This document shows, in pieces, positions 1 through 9,001 of a stretch of 64,000 bases of DNA (positions within the stretch are counted from its first letter, which is position 1; every line of letters starts with the position of its first letter). Under the pieces are notes generated by a model, which searched no databases, was not told the DNA's origin, and worked only from the letters and a program-made list of their open reading frames with translations. This DNA comes from Eubacteriales bacterium (GTDB lineage Bacteria; Bacillota; Clostridia; Oscillospirales; UBA644), in assembly GCA_045637625.1 (NCBI GenBank), contig JAZTZU010000064.1, forward strand, positions 1,081 through 65,080, given 5' to 3'. Made by a program: the position numbers and the translations under genes.

Positions 1-1
1 A

Positions 2-325
2 TTCTTTTCAACAATAACAGTTTTGATTTCTATAGCAAACAGAGTTTCCCGAAACATGAAAGACTATGCGATTCACATTGCAGTCGGTGCAACGAGGGGT
101 TCGACAATTTGGTTTATTATTTCCGAAATGGCGATAATTCTGACTTGCTCGATAATTCTCGGAATTATTGCCACCAAATGGCTGATGTACTATATGAATA
201 TGCCGTTCTATTTCTGGCAGTTCCTCGGAGTGTATGTCCTTACTTCCGTTATCATCCTCGCCCTCTCCGCCATCGTCGCACGCCTCGCAATCAGAAAGTA
301 CGACATTTGCACATTGATAAAATAA
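2..325 (+). CDS. C-terminal part of ABC transporter permease (FtsX-like), truncated by window start
   Basis: Frame open from window start; 'DYAIHIAVGATRGSTIWFIISE' resembles the FtsX-type permease motif, followed by TM helices. Confidence 0.6.
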   Translation, partial: FFSTITVLISIANRVSRNMKDYAIHIAVGATRGSTIWFIISEMAIILTCSIILGIIATKWLMYYMNMPFYFWQFLGVYVLTSVIILALSAIVARLAIRKYDICTLIK

Positions 326-341
326 TTTTTGATTCATATAC

Positions 342-370
342 TCATAAAGAGCTTTATACCTCCATATATT
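342..370 (+). promoter_or_regulatory. Putative sigma-E (mother-cell) promoter of spoIVA
   Basis: TCATA-N16-CATATATT upstream of spoIVA, matching the SigE consensus. Confidence 0.5.
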
Positions 371-402
371 GAATTACACGAAATATATGGAGGTATTTTT
401 TT

Positions 403-1872
403 ATGAATATTTATCATGACATAGCACTCCGCACTCAGGGAGATATTTATATCGGAGTTGTGGGCCCTGTCAGAACAGGAAAATCTACTTTTATCAAGCG
501 TTTTATGGAGAATCTTGTTGTTCCGAATATTTCCAATGAGTACAAGCGAACACGTGCGATTGACGAATTGCCTCAAAGTGCGGCAGGCAGAACGATTATG
601 ACTACTGAGCCGAAATTTATTCCCAATGAGGCTGTTGACATTGAGCTTGACGGTAATGTGAAATGCAGAGTTCGCCTCATTGACTGCGTGGGGTATATCG
701 TCCCGTCCGCTTTGGGCTATATTGAAAATGATATTCCGCGTATGGTAATGACTCCGTGGTATGAGCAGGAGATTCCGTTCAATATGGCGGCTGAGACGGG
801 AACGCAGAAAGTTATTCAGGAACATTCTACCATAGGTCTCGTAATTACTACGGATGGCTCTATTGGCGAAATTTCACGGAGCGATTACGTGGAAGCTGAA
901 GAACGTGTTGTCCGTGAGCTTAAAGAAATGAATAAGCCTTTTGTTGTTCTTCTGAATACAGTTGAGCCCCGTTCCAACAGAGCAAAACAACTTTCGGCTG
1001 AGCTTGAACAGAAGTACGGCGTGCCTGTAATACCCATCGACTGCCTCAGCCTTGACAGCGATGATATAAATGATATCATGGAAACGGTGCTGTTTGAATT
1101 CCCCGTGAAAGAGATCGGATTTGAGCTCCCGTCATGGCTTCTCGGACTTGATGACGAGCATTGGCTGAAAAAATCTGTAGTGGGTGATATAACCTCGTCT
1201 GCATCCGGGATCAATAAGCTTCGCCAGATAAATGAGATCTGTTCTGTTTTGTCTGAAAATGAATACATTTCCCGTGTCGAGACTTGTGAAACCGACCTTG
1301 GCAGCGGTTCTGTGGCTTTGTCCGCCGAAGTGAAAAAGCATCTTTTTTACAAGATTCTCAGCGAAACTACCGGTGTTGAGGTTGACAATGACGGGGATCT
1401 TTTCAGCGTTATAAGGGAACTTTCTTCCGCAAAACAGACTTACGATAAATTTTCTTACGCGATGGAAGAGGCTGACTGTAAGGGATACGGTATCGTAACT
1501 CCTACGATAAAGGATCTTCAGCTTGACGAACCTGAGATAATGCGTCAGGGCAACCGTTACGGGGTCAGACTCAAGGCTTCCGCACCAAGCTATCATATAA
1601 TAAAAGCGAATATTGAAACCGAAGTAGCTCCGATAGTAGGAAGCGAACGCCAATCCGAAGAGCTTATTCGCTATCTGCTTACAGATTTTGAGTCTGATCC
1701 GACAAAGATCTGGGAAAGCAATATTTTCGGTAAATCCCTGCATGAACTTGTGAATGAAGGTTTAAACACAAAGCTCGGTAAAATGCCCGAAGACGCACGC
1801 GAAAAAATGCAGGAAACTCTTCAGAGAATTATCAATGAAGGAAGCGGCGGGCTTATCTGTATAATATTGTGA
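403..1872 (+). CDS. spoIVA: Stage IV sporulation protein A (spore coat morphogenetic ATPase)
   Basis: GVVGPVRTGKSTFIKRF Walker A, DELPQSAAGRTIMTTEPKF, C-terminal NEGSGGLICIIL; GGAGG RBS. Confidence 0.97.
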   Translation: MNIYHDIALRTQGDIYIGVVGPVRTGKSTFIKRFMENLVVPNISNEYKRTRAIDELPQSAAGRTIMTTEPKFIPNEAVDIELDGNVKCRVRLIDCVGYIVPSALGYIENDIPRMVMTPWYEQEIPFNMAAETGTQKVIQEHSTIGLVITTDGSIGEISRSDYVEAEERVVRELKEMNKPFVVLLNTVEPRSNRAKQLSAELEQKYGVPVIPIDCLSLDSDDINDIMETVLFEFPVKEIGFELPSWLLGLDDEHWLKKSVVGDITSSASGINKLRQINEICSVLSENEYISRVETCETDLGSGSVALSAEVKKHLFYKILSETTGVEVDNDGDLFSVIRELSSAKQTYDKFSYAMEEADCKGYGIVTPTIKDLQLDEPEIMRQGNRYGVRLKASAPSYHIIKANIETEVAPIVGSERQSEELIRYLLTDFESDPTKIWESNIFGKSLHELVNEGLNTKLGKMPEDAREKMQETLQRIINEGSGGLICIIL

Positions 1873-1935
1873 TCTTATCCTGTTTGCTTATATCTGATTC
1901 TTTAAAAGAATAAAATGAAAAATTTAAAAAAGTAC

Positions 1936-1964
1936 TTGAAATTTGGCTTGAAATGTGGTATTAT
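1936..1964 (+). promoter_or_regulatory. sigma-A promoter
   Basis: TTGAAA-N17-TATTAT with extended TG. Confidence 0.55.
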
Positions 1965-1995
1965 ATAGATATCTGAAAAGAAAGGAAAAAATATC

Positions 1996-3306
1996 ATGAG
2001 TCAATTTGAACATATTTTAAAGGATCAGATCGAAAAAGTCTGCAGTAAACTCAAGGAAATGGGCAGGGAGGATCTTGTACCACTTTTCAAAAACTGTTAT
2101 CCTAATACACTTGAAACCACCACGAAAATTCTTGATGATGGTTCTGCGTTTGTAATTACCGGGGACATTCATGCGATGTGGCTCCGTGACAGCGCGGCGC
2201 AGGTTCATCATTATCTTCCGGTTGCCCGTGAAAATGAAGAACTTGCGGATATTATCGAGAAGATGATAAACCGATATTCCATATATCTTCCCATGGACCC
2301 CTATGCAAATGCTTTTAACGAAAACGGAGATGATCCGTTCAGGGGTCATTACGAGGATGAAACTTTCCGCAGTCCCTTTGTCTGGGAAAGAAAATATGAA
2401 ATAGATTCCCTTTGTTCCGTGCTTTTTATTGCTTATAAATTCTGGAAAAAAGTTGGAAGAACCTCAATTTTTACTCCCGAATTCAAAAGAAGTATTGAAA
2501 TTATCCTTAATATCTGGGAAACAGAGCAGAATCATGCGGAAAAATCTGATTATTCCTTCTACCGTCCCGGTTGCGGTGAACGTGAATCTTTGGAGTATCA
2601 GGTCGACTCACTTTGTAATAACGGTCAGGGATATCCTGTGGGCTATACAGGCATGACATGGTCCGGATTCCGTCCGTCTGACGATTCCTGTTACTATAAC
2701 TATCTTATTCCCTCAGAAATGTATGCCGTTGTTACTCTTGGATACGCCGCAGAAATTGCTACGGAAATATATAAAGATGAAGCGCTTGCAGATCGCTGTA
2801 AGAAACTTGCTTCTGAGATTGATGAGGGTATCAAGAAATTCGGTATCGTGGAAGATCCTGATTTCGGCAAGATCTATGCTTATGAAACTGATGGTCTGGG
2901 AAATTATCTGCTTATGGATGATGCGAACGTTCCTTCGTTGATTTCCCTGCCGTATCTTGGATATTGCAAAACAAGTGATCCTATATATCAGAATACAAGA
3001 AAATTCATTCTTTCAAAGAAAAATCCCTATTATTATGAGGGTAAAATTCTCAAAGGCGTTGGATCTCCACATACTGAAGAGAATCGTGTATGGCCTATCG
3101 CTCTTGTTATGCAGGCGCTTACATCCGACAGTAAGGAAGAGGTTGAAGAGATTCTGGATATGCTTGTAAATTCGCACGCAGGAACATTTTTCATGCACGA
3201 AGCAATTGATGTTGATGATCCTGAAAAGTTCAGTCGAACATGGTTCGCTTGGGCAAACTCTATTTTCTCTGAACTCATTCTTAAATATGCAGGATTTGAA
3301 ATCTGA
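1996..3306 (+). CDS. Glycoside hydrolase family 125 (exo-alpha-1,6-mannosidase-like)
   Basis: TGDIHAMWLRDS, WERKYEIDSL, WSGFRPSDD, MDDANVPSL, FSRTWFAWANS motifs. Confidence 0.92.
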   Translation: MSQFEHILKDQIEKVCSKLKEMGREDLVPLFKNCYPNTLETTTKILDDGSAFVITGDIHAMWLRDSAAQVHHYLPVARENEELADIIEKMINRYSIYLPMDPYANAFNENGDDPFRGHYEDETFRSPFVWERKYEIDSLCSVLFIAYKFWKKVGRTSIFTPEFKRSIEIILNIWETEQNHAEKSDYSFYRPGCGERESLEYQVDSLCNNGQGYPVGYTGMTWSGFRPSDDSCYYNYLIPSEMYAVVTLGYAAEIATEIYKDEALADRCKKLASEIDEGIKKFGIVEDPDFGKIYAYETDGLGNYLLMDDANVPSLISLPYLGYCKTSDPIYQNTRKFILSKKNPYYYEGKILKGVGSPHTEENRVWPIALVMQALTSDSKEEVEEILDMLVNSHAGTFFMHEAIDVDDPEKFSRTWFAWANSIFSELILKYAGFEI

Positions 3307-3342
3307 TATAAAAATATTTAGTGTGGCTCTTTAAGATAATTT

Positions 3343-3496
3343 GTGGGAAAAACTTTTTCTTTTCAGATGAAAAGTAAAAGTTTTTCCCACACCCATTTCA
3401 AAAAGAAAAGCAGTTTGAGTAGTAAAAGTGAAATCGCTTGTACAATGGAAAAAGGATTCGGGAAAAACCGATTTTACAAAAATGGTTTTTCCCGAA
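3343..3496. repeat. REP-like hairpin doublet between convergent genes
   Basis: Hairpin GTGGGAAAAACTTTT...AAAAGTTTTTCCCAC followed by ACCCATTTCAAAAA; oppositely oriented GGAAAAAGGATTCGGGAAAAACC...GGTTTTTCCCGAA. Confidence 0.75.
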
Positions 3497-3530
3497 AAAA
3501 ATGAATGAGTCAGTTCCTGATTTTATTGAA

Positions 3531-4367
3531 TTATTTGTTGCTGATCCTGTTTACAAGGTAGGGGATAGTTTCTTCGAAATTGACACCGTACCAACGGCTG
3601 TTTGAATCTTCATTTGTCGCTTTAATACACTCAACCGTGTAATCTACTGCAATTTCCAAAGCTTTCTCGAAAGAAAATCCTCTGACGAGAGCTCCTGTCA
3701 ATGTACTTGCAAAAACATCTCCTGTTCCGTGGTAACTTGCGTTTATTTTGTCACGGAAATACGTGGAGTACGTTTCGGTTTTGGAGTCATAGCACATAAC
3801 ACCGATCTTTCCGTCCACATAGTTTATTCCTGTAAGGACGGCTTTTTTTGCCCCTTTGGAGCATAATTTTTTCAGTATATCCTTGGCATATGCTTCGTCG
3901 TAGGTCTCTTTGTAGTCTATTCCCAACATAAAAGAAGCTTCTGTCATGTTTGGTACAATGATGTCTGCTTTTCCGCAGAGTTCTGCCATTTTATCCGCAA
4001 ACTCCTGAGTGAATCCGGGATAAAGTTTGCCGTAGTCTCCCATAACAGGGTCAACGATTATCATATTGTCGGAAGTTCCGAAATCGTCGAAAAATTCGGA
4101 GACCAATTCAAGTTGTTCAAATGAACCGAGATATCCTGTGTATATAGCGTCAAAACCTAATTCTTCCTGTTTCCAATGATCTGCAATCGGTTTGATATCG
4201 GAAGTAAGGTCTCTGAATGTGAACCCTTTAAATGCTGTGTGGGTTGACAATACTGCTGTCGGAACCACTGCAGTTTCAACACCCATTGCGCTGATTATCG
4301 GTAACGCTACGGTTAAGGAGCATTTTCCGATGCAGGAAATATCCTGAACAGTTACTATTCTTTTCAT
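3531..4367 (-). CDS. pdxK: Pyridoxal/pyridoxamine kinase
   Basis: QDISCIGKCSL, LSTHT, TGYLGS, DPVMGD, HGTGDVFAS motifs. Confidence 0.9.
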   Translation of the reverse strand: MKRIVTVQDISCIGKCSLTVALPIISAMGVETAVVPTAVLSTHTAFKGFTFRDLTSDIKPIADHWKQEELGFDAIYTGYLGSFEQLELVSEFFDDFGTSDNMIIVDPVMGDYGKLYPGFTQEFADKMAELCGKADIIVPNMTEASFMLGIDYKETYDEAYAKDILKKLCSKGAKKAVLTGINYVDGKIGVMCYDSKTETYSTYFRDKINASYHGTGDVFASTLTGALVRGFSFEKALEIAVDYTVECIKATNEDSNSRWYGVNFEETIPYLVNRISNK

Positions 4368-4401
4368 TTAAAAAAGACTTGCCTTTCGTTTTAAGATTGA
4401 C

Positions 4402-5769
4402 TTATTTTATCTTGGGCAGGGAGTCGAATCCTTTTTTGAGATCGTCATCTGTGGGGATGTAGTCTCCCATATTTTTGTTGAGGAAGTTTGTATATGCGGT
4501 CATGTCAAAGTAGCCCGTACCTGTAAGACCAAAGAGAATTGTTTTGGATTCGCCTGTTTCCTTGCATTTGAGGGCTTCGTCAATTGCAGCTCTTATTGCA
4601 TGAGAGCTTTCAGGTGCGGGAAGTGTACCTTCGCAGCGTGCGAACTGAACTGCCGCGTCAAAAATTTCAGTCTGAACATAAGATTTTGCGCTCATATATC
4701 CATCGTGATAAAGCTTGGAAAGGGTTGTGTTCATGCCGTGGTATCTGAGACCGCCTGCGTGGTTTGAAGCAGGGATGAATCCGTGACCGAGAGTGTACAT
4801 CTTCATGAGAGGTGTTGTTCTTCCTGTGTCACCGTAGTCGAATTCATAGAAACCTCTTGTGAGGCTGGGACAGCTTGCAGGTTCAACAGCTATAAATTCT
4901 ATGTTGTTCTTGCCTCTGATTTTGTCAGCCATGTAGGGGGAGATAAGACCACCGAGGTTGGAACCGCCGCCTGCGCATCCGATAACGATATCGGGCTGTA
5001 CGCCGTATTTGTCAAGTGCTGTTTTAGCTTCGAGACCAATAATTGACTGATGCATAAGTACATGGTTAAGAACGCTGCCGAGAACGTATTTGCAGTTAGG
5101 AGTTTTTACGGCAGTTTCGATAGCTTCTGAAATAGCACATCCGAGAGAACCGCTTGTTCCGGGGAACTGTTCGAGAATTTTTCTTCCGACTTCTGTTGTG
5201 TCAGAGGGCGAATGGATAACATCAGCACCGTATGTCTGCATAACAGCTTTTCTGTGGGGTTTGAGTTCTGCAGAGCCTTTAACCATATAAACGGTAAGGT
5301 CGAGACCGTAGTATGCGCATGCCATTGAAAGAGCAGTACCCCACTGACCTGCGCCTGTTTCTGTTGTTACGCTTGTAAGTCCCTGTTTTTTTGCATAATA
5401 TATCTGTGCTGCAGCACTGTTCAGCTTGTGAGAACCTGAAGTGTTGTTTCCTTCAAATTTGTAGTAGATATGTGCGGGAGTATCAAGGAGCTTTTCAAGG
5501 TTGTAAGCTCTTACGATCGGAGCAGGTCTGTACATTTTGTAGAAAGCTCTGATCTCTTCGGGAATTTCGATGTATTCGTCTGTAACATTGAGTTCCTGGT
5601 CAACAAGTTCTTCGCAGAAAACATTGCAAAGTTCGTCTCTTGTGCTGGGTTTGAATGTTTCCGGATTGAGGAACGGTTCCGGTTTATCTTTCATAACAGC
5701 TCTTACGTTGTGCCATGCGTGAGGAATCTCATTTTCACTTAAATATATTTTGTAGGGGATCTCTGCCAT
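4402..5769 (-). CDS. trpB2: TrpB-like PLP enzyme (TrpB2, type 2 tryptophan synthase beta)
   Basis: SGSHKLN (PLP lysine), TTETGAGQWG, GSLGCAISEA, GGLRYHG, PAPESSHAI. Confidence 0.92.
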   Translation of the reverse strand: MAEIPYKIYLSENEIPHAWHNVRAVMKDKPEPFLNPETFKPSTRDELCNVFCEELVDQELNVTDEYIEIPEEIRAFYKMYRPAPIVRAYNLEKLLDTPAHIYYKFEGNNTSGSHKLNSAAAQIYYAKKQGLTSVTTETGAGQWGTALSMACAYYGLDLTVYMVKGSAELKPHRKAVMQTYGADVIHSPSDTTEVGRKILEQFPGTSGSLGCAISEAIETAVKTPNCKYVLGSVLNHVLMHQSIIGLEAKTALDKYGVQPDIVIGCAGGGSNLGGLISPYMADKIRGKNNIEFIAVEPASCPSLTRGFYEFDYGDTGRTTPLMKMYTLGHGFIPASNHAGGLRYHGMNTTLSKLYHDGYMSAKSYVQTEIFDAAVQFARCEGTLPAPESSHAIRAAIDEALKCKETGESKTILFGLTGTGYFDMTAYTNFLNKNMGDYIPTDDDLKKGFDSLPKIK

Positions 5770-5805
5770 AGTAATTCAACCTTTCAATATTATAATGTTC
5801 GATAT

Positions 5806-5840
5806 AAAAAACGCTTACGGTTTTTCTTTGTCCGTAAGCG
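5806..5840 (-). terminator. Attenuator terminator upstream of trpB2
   Basis: Minus strand CGCTTACGG-11 nt loop-CCGTAAGCG followed by TTTTTT, 36 nt before the trpB2 ATG. Confidence 0.85.
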
Positions 5841-5892
5841 AATTTTGCTTGTTAAAATGAATTCATTTTATTCGGAGCATCAAGAATAAACC

Positions 5893-5955
5893 TTATAAAC
5901 TTGCAATGTTCATAAGGCGCCACCATCTGAAATTAACAGAAGCGGACAATTTCAT
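5893..5955 (-). CDS. Trp attenuator leader peptide MKLSASVNFRWWRLMNIASL
   Basis: 20-codon ORF with AGGAG RBS and tandem TGG TGG, lying between the promoter and the terminator upstream of trpB2. Confidence 0.8.
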   Translation of the reverse strand: MKLSASVNFRWWRLMNIASL

Positions 5956-6004
5956 GATAAAATATCTCCTGTCGAAATAGTTTCTGACGTAAAATGATAG
6001 GGTA

Positions 6005-6033
6005 ATTATATCATAGGTGAAAATGGTTGTCAA
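6005..6033 (-). promoter_or_regulatory. sigma-A promoter of leader-trpB2-pdxK
   Basis: TTGACA-N17-TATAAT with extended TG. Confidence 0.8.
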
Positions 6034-6291
6034 GGGGGTTTGCTTTATTTTGCGATTTTTGTTACATTGAGATAGAATATTTGATTTTAGGGGATAGATC
6101 ATACCTCTGATTGAGCTGTGCTGGACTATGTGATATATTGTGGATCGTTTTTCTCTGAAATAAAAACAATGAGAATTTTTATTCGTGATTTTGTAACAAA
6201 ATAAGGCTCTTTCTTGCGTGAAAAAAGTTGACTTTTCCGAAGTTTTCTGCTATAATCATAATGGAACAATATCGGATAAAGGAAATTTGGT

Positions 6292-7866
6292 ATGGAAAAA
6301 ATATATACGTTGGATACAACTCTCCGTGATGGGCTTCAGGCTCAGACAGTTTCGTTTTCATTGAAGGATAAACTGAATATTATCGGATTGCTTGACAAAC
6401 TTGGAGTGGATTTTATCGAGGTCGGAAACCCTGCTTTCGGAAAGGCTGATGAAGAACTTTTTGCAAAGCTGGATACTGTTAAAACCGAGAATTCAAAGCT
6501 TATAACATTTACACCTACTTGCAGAGTGGGTGAGGCTGCGGCTGATTCTGTCGTTCTGAATGCTATTGTAAATACAAATATCAAATATTGTACTGTTTTC
6601 GGTAAAACCTGGAAACTTCATGTTGACGAAGTTCTTAAGACTACAGAAGCTGAAAATCTCCGTATGATCAGAGATAGTATTGAGTTTCTTCGCAGTAAAG
6701 GTAAGACCGTACTTTTTGACGGCGAACATTTTTTTGACGGATATAAACATAATCATGACTATGCGATCGAGGTCCTCAGAACTGCCGCCTCTGCAGGGGC
6801 AGATACCCTTGTTTTATGTGATACAAACGGAGGCTGTTTCCCTGATGATATTAAAAAAGCTGTTCGGGAAGTCTCAAAGCTTTTCGGCGTGAAGATCGGT
6901 GTCCATGTTCACAACGACTGCGATATGGCGGTAGCGAATTCTGTTACGGCGGCTCTTTGCGGCTGTGTCCATGTTCAGGGCACTATGAATGGTATCGGTG
7001 AGCGTTGCGGTAATGCCAACCTTGCCACAATAATCGCGAATCTTCAGCTTAAAAAGAATTTTAAAGTTTTGCCTGAAGGAAATATCCGTCGTCTTACAGA
7101 AATTTCCCGTGCCATAGCTCAGATAACCAATCTTTCCACCACATCCATGCCTTATATCAGCCGTAACGCATTTGCTCATAAAGCGGGAATGCATGTTGAC
7201 GGTGTAATGAAAAATCCCGCTACATTTGAGCATATTGACCCTTCTCTTGTGGGTAACAAGAGGAACTTTATCCTTTCTGAGATAAGCGGTAAGAGTGCTC
7301 TTGTCAACGCTGTTAAAAAAGTTGTTCCCGATATGGAAAAGGATGATCCACGTATGGATGATCTTTTGAAGGTTCTTAAGCAGAAAGAATCTGACGGTTA
7401 TCATTTTGAAGCTGCTCAGGAATCTCTTGAACTCCTGATAAAACGTCAGTTAGGTCTTTGCCAACCGTTTTTCGAGGTTGAAAAGCTGAAGCTTATTGAC
7501 GAACAAATTACTGAAACAAGCGCAAATACAAGTTATGCTTTCATTAAAGTTTCCGTTAACGGTGTTTCTGAGATCGCCGCTGCGGAAAGTGACGGTCCTG
7601 TTCATGCTCTTGACCAGGCGCTCCGACGCTCTCTCTATAATATCTATCCATCGTTGCAGAATGTAAGCCTTACCGACTATAAGGTTCGTGTTCTTGATGG
7701 TAAATCTTCAACAGGTTCAAAGGTTCGTGTTCTCATTGAAAGCTCTGACGGTATAGATGTCTGGAATACTGTAGGGGTTTCCGTTGACATAATCGAAGCG
7801 TCGAAAATGGCTATTGTTGATTCTATAGAGTATAAATTGATGAAAGATTTTAACAGACATGAATAA
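6292..7866 (+). CDS. cimA: Citramalate synthase (LeuA/CimA family)
   Basis: DTTLRDG, FDGEHFFDG, LCDTNGG, HVHND, GERCGNA, AHKAGMH and C-terminal regulatory domain. Confidence 0.88.
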   Translation: MEKIYTLDTTLRDGLQAQTVSFSLKDKLNIIGLLDKLGVDFIEVGNPAFGKADEELFAKLDTVKTENSKLITFTPTCRVGEAAADSVVLNAIVNTNIKYCTVFGKTWKLHVDEVLKTTEAENLRMIRDSIEFLRSKGKTVLFDGEHFFDGYKHNHDYAIEVLRTAASAGADTLVLCDTNGGCFPDDIKKAVREVSKLFGVKIGVHVHNDCDMAVANSVTAALCGCVHVQGTMNGIGERCGNANLATIIANLQLKKNFKVLPEGNIRRLTEISRAIAQITNLSTTSMPYISRNAFAHKAGMHVDGVMKNPATFEHIDPSLVGNKRNFILSEISGKSALVNAVKKVVPDMEKDDPRMDDLLKVLKQKESDGYHFEAAQESLELLIKRQLGLCQPFFEVEKLKLIDEQITETSANTSYAFIKVSVNGVSEIAAAESDGPVHALDQALRRSLYNIYPSLQNVSLTDYKVRVLDGKSSTGSKVRVLIESSDGIDVWNTVGVSVDIIEASKMAIVDSIEYKLMKDFNRHE

Positions 7867-7927
7867 TTGAGCTCTATTCCGCATATAATTCTAATGTGAT
7901 ATATCAACGGAAGAGAGATGCGGACGG

Positions 7928-9001
7928 ATGTTTTGGGCAAAAAACACGGATGGAGACAAGCAATTTCAGCGAAGAATTGCAAATCCTGCAGTTTCGCTTC
8001 TTTCTGCGGTAATCGTTTTGTGCGGTGTTGCCACGGTGACGGTTGGCGATGCTCCGATAGTTCCCTGTAATTCTTCTGTGGTTTTATCTTCTGAAATTTA
8101 CAGCGGACGACCGTTTTTGAGTTTTCCCGAGTCGGGTAGGATTCCGATGCTGATGTTCCTTCCCAATTTTAAGGCTGATTCAGATCCTGATATTTCCGAA
8201 ACTGTTTTGCCCGAAAACGCTCTCCCCGTGGTTTCGTTAACGCTACAGCCTCCGGCTTCAATGGACGGCGAGGACGGCGTTTACATAAACAATGAGGCTC
8301 AAAAAAATATAAATATCCGCAGCCTTCTCGATTCGGATATTTCTACTGAACTGAAAAGAGACGGTTCTGTTCAGGTGATAATTTACCATACTCACGGTTC
8401 TGAAAGCTACAATGATGACGGCGTTTCCTATTACGGTGATGAATTTTACAAAGTCCATACATCGGATATTTCCAGGAATGTTGTTCGCATTGGCAGTATA
8501 ATTGCCGAGAAACTTCGTGAAAAAGGTATTGGCGTGGTTCATGATACTACGATGTATGATCTTGAGGGGTACAGTGATGCCTATGACCGCTCCTGTGATG
8601 GTGTTGAAAAATTGCTTGAAGAGTATCCCGGTGCGAAGCTGATTCTGGATATTCACCGTGATACGATCATCCTTAACGATGGGTCAAAATACCGTCCTGT
8701 AACTGAGTACCGGAATGAAAGCGCTGCACAGATGATGATCCTTGTGGGAACGGGGAAGTCCTCGGCTCCGAATGACCATTGGACCGAAAATCTTTCAGCT
8801 GCGGTGAAACTCCAACGTGTGGCTGAAAGTATCTGTAAAAATATAATGCGTCCGCTGCTTCTGCGAAATTCCGGTTATAATCAACATCTTTCGGCAGGTT
8901 CAATTCTTGTTGAAATGGGTACTTGCGGAAATTCCCTTCGTGAGGCGGAGCTTTCAGCAGAAATTTTAAGCCAAGCTATAGTAGGAGCTTTTGTTGAATG
9001 A
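7928..9001 (+). CDS. spoIIP: Stage II sporulation protein P (engulfment amidase)
   Basis: IYHTHGSESY, LDIHRD, YNQHL, LVEMG motifs; N-terminal TM segment. Confidence 0.85.
   Translation: MFWAKNTDGDKQFQRRIANPAVSLLSAVIVLCGVATVTVGDAPIVPCNSSVVLSSEIYSGRPFLSFPESGRIPMLMFLPNFKADSDPDISETVLPENALPVVSLTLQPPASMDGEDGVYINNEAQKNINIRSLLDSDISTELKRDGSVQVIIYHTHGSESYNDDGVSYYGDEFYKVHTSDISRNVVRIGSIIAEKLREKGIGVVHDTTMYDLEGYSDAYDRSCDGVEKLLEEYPGAKLILDIHRDTIILNDGSKYRPVTEYRNESAAQMMILVGTGKSSAPNDHWTENLSAAVKLQRVAESICKNIMRPLLLRNSGYNQHLSAGSILVEMGTCGNSLREAELSAEILSQAIVGAFVE

Noticed and set aside
5770-6000. T-box riboswitch upstream of trpB2
   Set aside because: No T-box consensus (AAnnnGGGTGGnACC) found; the leader-peptide model explains the region
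5956-6102. 69-aa ORF as given in the track (5893-6102)
   Set aside because: The upstream part spans the promoter; only the last 20 codons after the RBS are supported
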